Assembly: GCF_009914755.1 (NCBI RefSeq)
Contig: NC_060926.1
Origin: the human T2T-CHM13v2.0 reference genome, Homo sapiens
Reading direction: 5' to 3' (one strand)
Length of the DNA stretch: 64,000 nucleotides
Below are positions 42,004-57,930 of this stretch, in pieces (the stretch's first letter is position 1; each line of letters starts with the position of its first letter). The notes under the pieces are model-generated. The model was not told the DNA's origin and did no database searches. It saw only the letters and a list, made by a program, of their open reading frames with translations. Both the position numbers and the translations under genes were made by a program.

Positions 42004-43208
42004 CAGGTATGCAAGTTGACTTTAATACAATTGTGAGGAAAAGTGAACAGGTGCAAAATTATTTGAGACAGTTAATATTAAGCTTTGGGAACGGAAGCTA
42101 CTTGTTACCGGACTTCTGATTGGAATCAGGGCCACACAATGCCTTTCAGCTCCCATGGTCTTTCTTGGCCCTCTAATCATGGATTCTCTCTTACACTCTT
42201 ATTCCAGTAGTTTTCTGAGCTTCTTATTCTCTGGATTAGCCATCCCCTGAAAAAAGGCAACCAAACTTCCTAGTGTGTGTGTTCTACGTGAAGAAAGAAG
42301 ATCATGTGTCTAGTTCCAGAACACACCCTCCCCACCCCCGGCCTCAACCAGAAATCCAATTCTTCCCTGCTGACCCCTTTGAGAGACCTGGAGGGACAGA
42401 GAATTGACGGTGGGTAAAGGGTAAGATGTTGGAGTTTAAGGGTTCAGGCCTGGACCAGGAAGCTGTCTTAACAGCCTAGTGTGGGGCCATGGAAGTGGGT
42501 TCTGAAATGAAGTGGAAGGCAGGCCATCCGCACTGAGATGCAGCAGCTGGAACACAAAACTCCAAGGTGACTGTTAACTTTTCCCCAGCCTTCCAATCTC
42601 AGACTTTCCTCAGGAAACACCAGGCTCTTCTGAATTAGTCGCGAGCAGAACCATCGTCCTTTCCTTCAGAACTCTGACCAGTTTGAAACTGTCTAACTTC
42701 TTAATGTGGCTATATGATCGTTTGCAGCTGGCCTGCAACTTGTTCTGGGAATGGAACCTTGGATTTTAGTCACCACTGTCGCTAGCATCCTGCACAGTCA
42801 GCCACTTTTAGAGAGCATAATGCAGAGGGGGAAATAAATGAGATTTGGAATAGAGACGGGGTTTCACCCTGCTGGCCAGGCTGGTCTCGAACTCCTGACC
42901 CACCCCGCCTCCCAAAGTGTTAGAATCACAAGCGTGAGCCACCGCGCCCGGCCCCACAAATGTAAGATTTATGCACTTCTCCAAGCCAAGTGCTGTGCAT
43001 CGAATGGAGGAACTCGTACCTTTGCAGGATTTTGTGATATATGTGAAATAATCCGGACATGCTTCTGCTATGGTTGTTTGTCGCCATAGTTTGCGAATCT
43101 GGGTAAACCTGGATGAGAGAGACGCCTTACAATTGCAAACATTTCTCAGGAGGCCGCCTGAAAACGCCCAAACCATAGAGCTCAGTTCCTAGCTAGGCCT
43201 CTACCAGC

Positions 43209-43263
43209 CACTTCCGCTCGTCCGCCTAATACCGCGCCTGCGCACCGCGTCTCTTCCTTTCTG
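43209..43263 (+). promoter_or_regulatory. RPL37A: RPL37A core promoter: ETS/GABP site, NRF1-like site, TCT/5'TOP initiator
   Basis: CACTTCCG 43209-43216; GCGCCTGCGCA 43234-43244; CTCTTCCTTTCT 43251-43262; no TATA box. Confidence 0.85.
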
Positions 43264-43287
43264 GGCTCGGACCTAGGTCGCGGCGAC

Positions 43288-43290
43288 ATG
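43288..43290 (+). CDS. RPL37A: RPL37A exon 1 coding part (ATG only; exon starts at about 43253)
   Basis: GCGGCGACATG|GTGAGT. Confidence 0.95.
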
Positions 43291-43682
43291 GTGAGTGTGG
43301 GTCTCTGTGCGGCCTAGAACTCTATCTGCCTGCATCTGTCCTTGTTTTCTTCTCCCGCACCCATCTCCTCTCCTGCCTTACCCCGTGTTCTCTCCTGTCT
43401 CCATGCCTTTGCAGGAGACACCATTGTCGGAAGCTCCCCAAGGCGGAGGGGCGGGGGCGCCTTGGCTGGGCCTGGCGCGCTCCAGCCGGGTTAACGCCGG
43501 GCCTTCGGAGCGCGCGGCCAGCCCTGGGCACTGGTTTCGTTGGGTTGAATTTAGGGAAAACTAGGTCATATGTAATTCACATGTCGGTCACACGTCAGTG
43601 AGGTGGAGGAACGGTGTGTGGAGGCTCCAGGGCCTGCCTGGGTTCCAGGTCTATCACTGGTTTCTCCCTTCACTCTAAACAG

Positions 43683-43811
43683 GCCAAACGTACCAAGAAA
43701 GTCGGGATCGTCGGTAAATACGGGACCCGCTATGGGGCCTCCCTCCGGAAAATGGTGAAGAAAATTGAAATCAGCCAGCACGCCAAGTACACTTGCTCTT
43801 TCTGTGGCAAA
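43683..43811 (+). CDS. RPL37A: RPL37A (eL43) exon 2: [43 protein letters not shown]
   Basis: aacag acceptor, AAA|GTAAGT donor; first CxxC of the C4 zinc ribbon. Confidence 0.99.
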
Positions 43812-44361
43812 GTAAGTAAGGCAAAGTCTCTGGTGAGAGGAGAGGGAGGGCAGGTTTCTTACCCAAGTGAGGCCTGACTTCAAGGTATTTTATAAGCCGT
43901 GTGCTGGTGGGCAGTTGGAATTACTCATACCGTTGATTATGAGTTTTAAGATAAAAGTGTTGATGGTAACTTCAGATTTTGTGAGACGTTTTTCATTTAA
44001 AGAAAACCGCTTAAACGTTAATGGGTAAAATAATCATTTGACAGAGTGCCCCCAGCCTAAGCCAAACCTGCTTTGTGGGAAATGATTCCATCAGTTTTGT
44101 CTACTGATGTTTCTGCACCAACTCCCAAGATGTCTGTGCATCTAATACCATTCTACTTGTTCTGCGAGGGATTTTTGTTTGATAAAGGTTTGAACGTTTA
44201 TGTGCAAAATACTGCATTACAGCAATCCTTGTTTTGTTTTTGAGGGAGAAAGGGAGGCTTTCACATCCCTGACAATAAGGTGAATCCAAATTTAGACTTC
44301 TGGATGCTTGTAAGAGAAAATACTTACTTGGTTCATAGTGAAAATTGGTTCTCTTTTATAG

Positions 44362-44444
44362 ACCAAGATGAAGAGACGAGCTGTGGGGATCTGGCACTGT
44401 GGTTCCTGCATGAAGACAGTGGCTGGCGGTGCCTGGACGTACAA
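44362..44444 (+). CDS. RPL37A: RPL37A exon 3: TKMKRRAVGIWHCGSCMKTVAGGAWTY(N)
   Basis: ttttatag acceptor, AA|GTGAGT donor; second CxxC. Confidence 0.99.
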
Positions 44445-45753
44445 GTGAGTCTAGTTCCTTGTGGTATTTGGAAGTGTGTGGACCACATAGGCCCAAATTC
44501 CAGGTTGCTGCTGGATGGGCTAGTTTTAACACTTTCTCAGGACTGAGAGAATAAGGATGCCTTTGTATTTTCAGGATTCTTCCGTGGTGGTTTATTTTCA
44601 GTTATTGAAAGAGTAAACACAAAACTACCAAAATAGAAGTCGGAAATCTAATTCACAGACTACTTTAGAATTTGATGGTCACTGGGCACATTGTTGTGAA
44701 CATTGTCATGATACTGTGCAGGTCCATTAGTGGGGCTGAATCTACTGAACGTTGATTTGCACTGCAAGTTTTGATAAAAATAGGTGAAGGGGTCAGTTAG
44801 TTCAAAACTGTATTTGGAACTTGAGGCCATCAGGACCACCACAGTTTCGTCTTTCTGAACAGTATTAGACTGCTGCAGGTTTGTGAATCTGCAACTCAGT
44901 ATCACCTGACAGGGCGATACTACAAACACTATACTACAAACTAGCATCTAGACCTGTGTTGTCCAATACACTAAGCACATATATGGCTAGTGTAATTAAA
45001 GAATTGGATTTTAAAGTTTCAGTCAATTTAAACTTAAACCGAAGCAGTGGAAAATGTTGAAATATATATATATTCCTTGTGGGGGTTTTTATTAGGGCAG
45101 AATGGAAAATGGGAACTAGAGTGCTTTCTTGGTTCTGATAGGAAAGTGAATTATTTATATACTTACAATACAGGATGGTGATTTTCAGGTATAGTTCCTG
45201 AATTTTATGGTAAAACTTTTGTAGTCATTTCAATAGCTGTCTTTCCCAAAGGCACTTTAGTGTCCGCTCTTATTTCCTTAATCATTGTTCTCACTGTATC
45301 ATCTTGTAATTTATTCATTTCTTGTAATCTGTCCATTCCCTTTTAATAAGTTTAGGTCAGCCTCTTAGAACCATTTCTTTTTCATGGGATGGGGTAGGGG
45401 GAGTTAAAGCTTGCTTGTCCACAACTGAGTTACTTATAAAAAAAAAAGCAACTCTGGTTGAGAAATCAGATGCATGAGATTGTATGTCTAATTCTGCAAG
45501 ATCCTGAAGGCATGGCTCTTAAAGGATGCCATCATGTAGTTTAGAAGCCACTAATTTCCGAGGAGTAATCTAATGTTGGTTAGATCTTTGGATTGACTGC
45601 AGCAAAGTATTGGTAGAGCAGTCTATCTCAGTATAATTCTTTCTAGGAAAATTTGGGAAGCGACTTTAACACAAAAACGAGGCAGATTTACTTATTTGCC
45701 ATTTTCTATGTTAACATGCTTAATTATGTTGGAAACTGAATCTTTCTTTCCAG

Positions 45754-45817
45754 TACCACTTCCGCTGTCACGGTAAAGTCCGCCATCAGAAGACTGAAGG
45801 AGTTGAAAGACCAGTAG
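45754..45817 (+). CDS. RPL37A: RPL37A exon 4 coding part: TTSAVTVKSAIRRLKELKDQ*
   Basis: tctttctttccag acceptor; TAG 45815-45817; 3+129+83+64 = 279 bp = 92 aa + stop. Confidence 0.99.
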
Positions 45818-45852
45818 ACGCTCCTCTACTCTTTGAGACATCACTGGCCTAT

Positions 45853-45858
45853 AATAAA
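45853..45858 (+). terminator. RPL37A: RPL37A proximal polyA signal
   Basis: AATAAA 35 nt after the stop, GU/U-rich sequence downstream. Confidence 0.9.
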
Positions 45859-46136
45859 TGGGTTAATTTATGTAACAAAATTGCCTTGGCTTGTTAACTT
45901 TATTAGACATTCTGATGTTTGCATTGTGTAAATACTGTTGTATTGGAAAAGCATGCCAAGATGGATTATTGTAATTCAGTGTCTTTTTTAGTAGTCAAAT
46001 GGTAAAATGCAGCATAAGAATATAAGTCTTCCAAGTTAGATATGAGTGTTAGCTTTTTATAAGTCTGCTCCTGCCAGTTTGACTTTGAGATACATTGGAG
46101 CCAACTGTAAACTTTAGTTTTTAAATTACAGTTAGT

Positions 46137-46428
46137 TTTTTTGTTTGTTTTTGAGGCGGAGTCTCTGTTACCCAGGCTGGAGTGCAGTATACCAGTCTTG
46201 GCCCACTTCAACCTCCACTTCTTAGGTTCAAGCGATTCTCCTGCCTCAGCCTCCTGAGTAGCTGGGATTACAGGCACGCACCACCATACCTGGCTAATTT
46301 TTGTATTTTGAGTAGAGATGGAGTTTTCACCACATTGGCCAGGCTGTTCTTGAACTGACCTCAAGCGATCCACCTGCCTTGGCCTTCCAGAGTGCTGGGA
46401 TTACAGGTGTGAGCCACCACGCCCAGCC
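46137..46428 (-). mobile_element. Alu (S)
   Basis: Reverse Alu. Confidence 0.92.
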
Positions 46429-46456
46429 TTGCATTTAATATTTTTATAATGTGTCT

Positions 46457-46744
46457 AGGCTGGGTGCGGTGACTCACGCCTGAAATCCCAGCACTTTGGG
46501 TGGCTGAGGCAGGTGGATTACTTGAGGCCAGGAGATTGAGACCAGTGTGGCCAACATAGCAAAAACCCGTCTCGACGAAAAATACAAAAAATAGCTTGGT
46601 ATGGTGGCACATGCCTGTAATCCCAGCTACTTTGGAGGCTCAGGCACAAGAATCACTTGAACCTACGAGGCGGAGGTTGCAGTGAGCCAGGATCGTGCCA
46701 CTGCACTTTATTTAGCCAGGACAACACTCTGTCTCCAAAAAAAA
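46457..46744 (+). mobile_element. Alu
   Basis: Forward Alu, head-to-head with the previous one. Confidence 0.92.
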
Positions 46745-47775
46745 GTTTCTGAAGGTAAAAGATATACTAAAGGATATACATATACTGCCTCTTCTATGAT
46801 GTTTCATTTGACCTACACCATCAGCATCTTCAGGAAACAGTATGAAACTAATTTCACATTAAATGTTGCAAACGTCTGCAATTCTCCAGTTTTTAGTTTG
46901 CACGTAAGGATTCGTAGGATTGATTTCAGATTGACAGATGGTTGTAGTAACAAAAAAATGAATTGCCTTGGAGAATTCGAGTTATTTTAGGCCTGCCTTT
47001 GACACTTTTATGCACTTAATTCACTGCCAATTTAGTCTAACTCCTCAACCATCTGTGGTATGGACTTCTCAGTCCTCCTAATTGGTATGTCTTTTATCTA
47101 TCCCAGAGTCAGTAGTCCTTTAAGGATGCAAATTTAATTCGATAAGAATGTGGATTTACTTCATCTTTAGGACAGAGTAAAAACCTTTATTTCACTTGGT
47201 CTGACCCCTATCTTCTATAACTTGTTTTTTTGCTCATTACTGGCCTTTGCACGGATGTCTCCCTTCACCTGTACCTCCTGCATTGCCTCTGGCAGAAACA
47301 TCGCTACCCCAGGAGAATACTTCACTGGGTCAGGCATTTGCTAGATCCATAGCAGTAACTCATCTGTGGATCTCATTTGTGTCACAAAATGGTACTCCTA
47401 CTGATTTTGTAATGTGAAGCAAGTACTGTGGGTCAGTAGGGGTAGGACCAGGAGTGACAAGTCAGGATTTTCAGGCTTCATAGGAATGACACAGCTCTCC
47501 AGGTGAATCTCCTGGAGAATTCTCCATAGGATCTCCAGGTGAGTGACCAGGATTTCATGTAAGCATAGGGAATTGAATGAGCATTAGATGGTCTAATGCT
47601 GCGGTTAAGAACACCAACTTAGCCAAACTGCCTAGATAGTTGGGTGACTTGGGTTAAGTGACTTAACCTCTCTGCTTCAGTTTCCTGTATAATTCTTGGT
47701 AGTAGAATGGAGTATATGCTGGGTGTTTGGATTATTAATTTGGAGTCTTACAAAGCTGCTATGTTACATGATTAG

Positions 47776-51585
<3,810 letters not shown>

Positions 51586-51603
51586 AATACTTTTATACAC
51601 AAC

Positions 51604-52004
51604 CGTATTGGTCCATTCTTGAATTGCTATAAAGAAATACCTGAGACTGGATAATTTATAAAGAGATTTAATTGCTTACAGTTCCACAGACTACACAGGA
51701 TCATGGCTGGGGAGGCCTCAGGGAGCTTTTACTGTGGTAGGCAAAGCCAGAGCAGGAATTCACATGGCTGGAGCCTAGAGCAGGGGGAAGAGTAGGGACG
51801 GGGGAGTGGGTAGGAGGGGGTACCACACACTAAAAACAACCAGATCTTGTGAGAACTGCCACAAGAACAGCACTAGTGGGGTGGTGCTAAACCATGAGAA
51901 ACTGTCCCCATGATCCATTTACCTTCCACCAGGCCCAACCTCCAACATTGGAGATTTCAATTGAACATCAGATTTGAGTGGGGACACAGATCCAAACCAT
52001 ATCA
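51604..52004 (-). mobile_element. MaLR solo LTR (MSTA-like)
   Basis: GTATTGGTCCATTCTTGAATTGCTATAAAGAAATACCTGAGACTGG...GGGGACACAGATCCAAACCATATCA; exact 5-bp TSD ACAAC. Confidence 0.88.
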
Positions 52005-52084
52005 ACAACTAAAGTTTCTTTTTATGATATTATTTTTGGCATACCCGAACTCCCAGACTCCCCAGCTATTTTCCTGGTTGGGTA

Positions 52085-53070
52085 ATATATCAGTCAGTGT
52101 CGTAGCAGGGAACAGATGACACATTCAAATTACAAAAATACAAGGTATTTATAAAGACATTTACAAAAGTGTGTGCAGGATGTTGGAAAAACCATAGGAG
52201 ATAGTAGAGTGGCCTGAAAGGGAGGAGAGTGAGTAGTTACTGGAAATTGTTAAGGAAAGTCCGGTGGAAAGGGTGACCTTAGAGTGATTCAACCAATGAA
52301 ATACGGCCATGCAGAGAGTGACCCAAGGGGATGAATATCCCAGCCTCATTCTCCTTATCTGCTACTGTTCTCCAGTGACCAAGCCCAACCAGTAGGCAAA
52401 AGAACCCATTCACATAGTACATAGAGGTCAGCCTCCTGGAGCAGAGATCAAGATAGAGAAGAGAGGAGGATGGCACCAGAGAGACATGTGAAAAATGTCA
52501 AGCCTGCCCTCTGTTAGGACTACATTCTATTAAGATCAGAGGTTGATCTGTTGAAGATTTTAAACTTCAATAGGTTGTCATTGTGCAGTCCTTGTGGGTA
52601 GGGACTAGGTTTAGTTCTTTATGTCCTCTTGTATTAGCTACTGCTAAATCCAAACCACCTCAGAACTCAAGAACTGAAAATAATAAGCATTAATATTACT
52701 CAAAAGTCATTCTGATAATCTGGGTCATTCTGGGCTTGGCTTGCTCTTGCATCTGTGGTCAGCTGTTAGGTCAGTGGGGAACTGATTGGTCTAGCATGGC
52801 CTCACTCATATTTGGCTGATGGGTGGCATTTGGAGCAGTAAGTGTGCCTGGGTCATGTGTCTGTCAGCAGCTATCCTGGGTTGGCTCACAGGGCAGTGGC
52901 AGGGTAATTGAAGCTCACACATCATTACTTGTGCAGTATAGTACAAAGAAGTCAGTCTCAAGGCGAATCCAGATTTAAGGAGTAAGAAGATATACTCTAT
53001 TTCTTGATGCAACAAGCTACAAATTACAAAGCATGTAGATACAGAATTATGGCCATTTTTGCAATCTACT
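52085..53070 (-). mobile_element. Two old LTR fragments (ERVL-type about 52085-52495; MLT1-type about 52630-53070)
   Basis: ATCAGTCAGTG..CAGGGAACAGATGACACATTCAAA and GGTCTAGCATGGCCTCACTCA...GGCCATTTTTGCAATCTAC motifs. Confidence 0.55.
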
Positions 53071-53221
53071 CCCCATAATAGAGTCTGGGATAAAATGGGT
53101 CCTCTGTTATTTTATGATTTAATAAATGACAGTACTAGAAAGGAGATTTTAAATGTCCTGAAAAGGTCTGACCATTTTGTGGTCCCCATATCCTATTACA
53201 ATTTACTTTTTTGGTGATTAA

Positions 53222-54345
<1,124 letters not shown>

Positions 54346-55399
54346 ACTACTGTCATCTACAGCCTTTGGTACTCTTGTTTCTCATAACTGAACACTCTCA
54401 ATATGCTCAGTTGATTGGACCCGGGATGGACAACTGATAGAGTAAATGGAACCAATCAATTATCTTTAGAGAATTTGGATCAAATGACACAGCAGCTGAG
54501 TTAAACTAAGGCAGAGCATTAAGCTTTGGGAAAAGCTCATGACTCCTGCTGCCAGGATCACAACACTGCCCCAATTCCCAGCCAGAGTGTTTGGTTGCAT
54601 GCAATAAAGACTGACTGCAGGTAACTAAAGCAGAAAAAGTATTTATTGGAGGGTAATAGAGTGCTTCACAGGATTGAAAAAAACCTAAAGAATCAGGTTT
54701 ATAAGGGGAATAAAATAGGACGTTCTCACAGATATCAAAGGGAGGAGTGAAAGAAGAATCCCCAGTAGGGAGCTGAGCTTCTGGTCTGTTTTATGTCTTG
54801 ACACTATTCAGAAGTCAAAAACCTGAACAGAAGAGTCCAGTGGCCTAGTTGGGGGCCATACTTCTGGCCCTTGGCACCTTAGTTGGCGGTCCCACCAAGA
54901 CTACAGATAACATAGGAGAGATAAATCTCTAATAGGAAATTAGAGATTATCCATAATTTTAGGAGGGCAAATGTTCTTCACATCAAGCTTGAATTACCAT
55001 TTAGGTTGTATTTGTACTACTTACTCTTTTATAAACCATCTAATTATAAGGTAATGCCCCTTGGATTTTGTCCCTCAACTGATGGAAGAACACTACAACA
55101 GAGCCACAAGTATACAAGTTGGGGGGCAAAGTCCCCCCAACTCTTCCCCATGGGGACCTGAGACCACTCACTGTGGTCAGAGTAGGAGCTTTTGGAGGTC
55201 AGATGGCAGATGATGTCTTGGATTGAATATCTCACAGTGGATAATGTGGAATGGTGGCTCCATCCTTTGTTTTTTACCCTATTTCCAGAATGGTGAAACT
55301 CCTTTATTTGACCCATGGCCCATGGAGGGAGGGCTATTAGGGTTGGAAAATCAAGTGCAAACCTCTAGGGTTGCCTCTCCTACACACAGTAAAACAAAA

Positions 55400-57930
55400 G
55401 GAATCCCTGGGTGAATCACAGATAAATGGCTTATCCAAACATCTGAAATTTTCATGAATAATGATCTTATGATCATAACTAACCTCAGCTATGATTCTGG
55501 GTATAAATCTATATTGGAGGAAATCAACATATCTTCTGGTCATGACATACTGCTCCTATTAACCTAACAAATGTATTTTTTCCTTTCATCCCTATCTGCA
55601 AAGTAGTCAAAACTAGTTTATCTTCACTTGCAGGGACAGCAGTATACTTTCACTGTTTTACTTCAGGGCTATCAACTCATATACTCATATACAACTCATA
55701 TGTTATTGATGTTAACGTAATGGTGTTACTGTTATTTTTAAATGAATTGGTAAACAAATGTTTTTTTTTAAAATTCCCAGTATTAATTCCTTTTTGTGTT
55801 TTTGAGACAGAGTTTCACTCTGTGCCCAGGCTGGAGTGCAATGGTGCGATCTCGGCTCTGCAACCTCTGCCTCCTGGGTTCAAGCAATTCTATTGCCTCG
55901 GCTTCCTGAGTAGCTGGGATTACAGGCATGCACCACCATGCCCGACTAATTTTTTTGTATTTTTAGTAGAGACAGGGTTTCACCATGTGGACCAGGCTGG
56001 TCTCAAACTCCTGACCTCAGGTGATCTGCCTGCCTCAGCCTCCCAAAGTGCTGGGATTACAGGCATGAGCCACTGTGCCCGGCATCATATACTATTATAA
56101 TATAATCCAGAAAGATCTTGATCATTTTGGTGTCTTAGGGAAGATACTGATCCATTACACTGATGACGTAACAAGTGGACCTAAAGAGATCAGGAAGTGT
56201 TGAGAATGATATACCCAGTACGATATGAATATGGTGTTTAGGTTATCTTGGGGATTTCCTACCTGAAGTGATAGACAAGTTGCTGCACTGTAGACTATTC
56301 CCAACTAAGAGACATAATCTTTACTGGGTCCGTTTGGATTGAGGGGGATGGTTGCAAAGTAAGTCACATTGAGTGTGCTTCTCTGTCCCATTTACTGAGT
56401 AACCTGTAAGACTTGAGTGGAGTCTGTCAGAGTTTTCAGTAGAGCCTGGAGAAAAAACAGACTTGGCAGCAGATCCAAGTTGTAGTCCCAAGTTGTTCTG
56501 GCACTTGGTCTGTATGACCTAGCAAATCTAAGTAGATTCGAGGTGTTAGTGGCAGATAGAGATGTCCTATGATGCTGCAAAAGAAAAATTGTAGTGCACT
56601 AGGGATTTGAAATTAATGACCTCTTCTGCTGACATCTGTTATCTATTTAAAAATTAGGTCTGGTTTGCTACTAGACCCTGGTAGAATACCTGAGCATGGA
56701 ACATCACGTTTCTTTGCAACTGAATCTGTTTATTATAAACTTGATGTTATCTGATCTATAAAATTATAAAATTAGATGTGTGCAACAGCATTCCATTCCA
56801 AAATGGAAATGGTTTATACAAAATTGTACCAGAGAATATCCAGAAAATACAAGTATGCTGTTTTAAGCATGAAGCTTAGATTCCCATGGACTCTTAGATT
56901 CCCATGGAATATATTTAGGTGTATTCTCCTACTGCCTCACTGTTTCTCCTGGAATCAGTTGTCTTCTTGGGGAGTTTGTTATGTCAGCTAATGGAAGAGG
57001 GAAAAGTGCATCATGGATAGAACTACATCCTGTACTGGCATCAGCTGAAAGCGGACAGAGGTAGAGGGAGGACAGTGGTAAAGGGAAGTCCTCCCAGTGG
57101 GCAGAACTTAAGATAGTATCCCCTTTGCATGCAAGAAGAGATGGTCTGAAGTAGAGACTTATATTGATTGATGAGCAGGCAGAAAAGGGTGGTGTCTCCA
57201 GATACTCACATTACCTTGAAATGGCTAATGGGTTCGTACAAGCTGGCCAGAGATTTGGAAGGAACAAGAATGGAAGGCTGGATACTTCTTCAAGGTTGAA
57301 CACAAGGATGTTTCAAGCATAGATATGTGGATAGAACTGCAACAAAAGAGGCCTATGCTGAGCAGCTAATGTGACACTATTCCCTAAGTGTACATTAGAT
57401 GTCTCCCATCATGCAAAGGGCAGCAGTTTGTCATCCCAGGGATAGACATGTATTATGGGTATGGAGTTGACTCTTGCCTACAGTGTATCTGCCAGCATTA
57501 CCATTCATGGGCTTGCAGAATGCCTTATCCATCAGTGTGATATCCCATACCATATAGAGTTTAAGGTACTGTCCTACAAGATGTAGTTTATACCTTAAAT
57601 CTATCAGTATATAGTGCTACCTCTTCCATAGCCAGAATGGATAGGTCAAGAAATCAAGTGATGGAGGTGGAACTTACTACATTGAAAATTCTGCCAGTTA
57701 ACCCACTGAAAGCATTTTTATTTCCCCCGCTTTTGACCTGCTTTTGAGTTTGGTGACTTTGGAGGTCCTAGTTCCTAAGGAAGTAATGTTTCTCTCAGGG
57801 AATTCAACCTTGGTTCCATTTAAATTGAAATCTTGAGTCAGTTCTCTGATCACTTTGAGCTCATTCTACTGCTGAACCAGCAGGCAGAAAAGGTGGTCTC
57901 TCCAGATTATCACCTTTACCATCCAATAAT
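55400..57930 (+). pseudogene. Degenerate ERVL-class internal pol (RT, RNase H, integrase remnants)
   Basis: QGQQYTFTVLLQGY (about 55631-55672), IHYTDDV (decayed YIDD, about 56150-56170), DSGKGKSSQWAEL (about 57071-57110), KGQQFVIPGID (about 57415-57450). Confidence 0.8.
55791..56084 (-). mobile_element. Alu (S) without a TSD adjacent to its tail
   Basis: Reverse Alu, short tail TTTTTGTGTTTTT. Confidence 0.92.

Larger units (their letters stand above)
43150..43760. promoter_or_regulatory. RPL37A: CpG island of RPL37A
   Basis: Sharp rise in CpG and GC content against a CpG-depleted background. Confidence 0.85.

Noticed and set aside
44079-44113. Intronic C/D snoRNA or kink-turn in RPL37A intron 2 (ATGATT...CTGA, stem CATCAGT/ACTGATG)
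   Set aside because: Box C is a poor match and the span is only about 35 nt; a 7-bp stem is expected by chance. An Infernal/Rfam search would settle it.
56875-56908. Tandem repeat CTTAGATTCCCATGGA x2
   Set aside because: Simple slippage duplication inside a dead ERVL.
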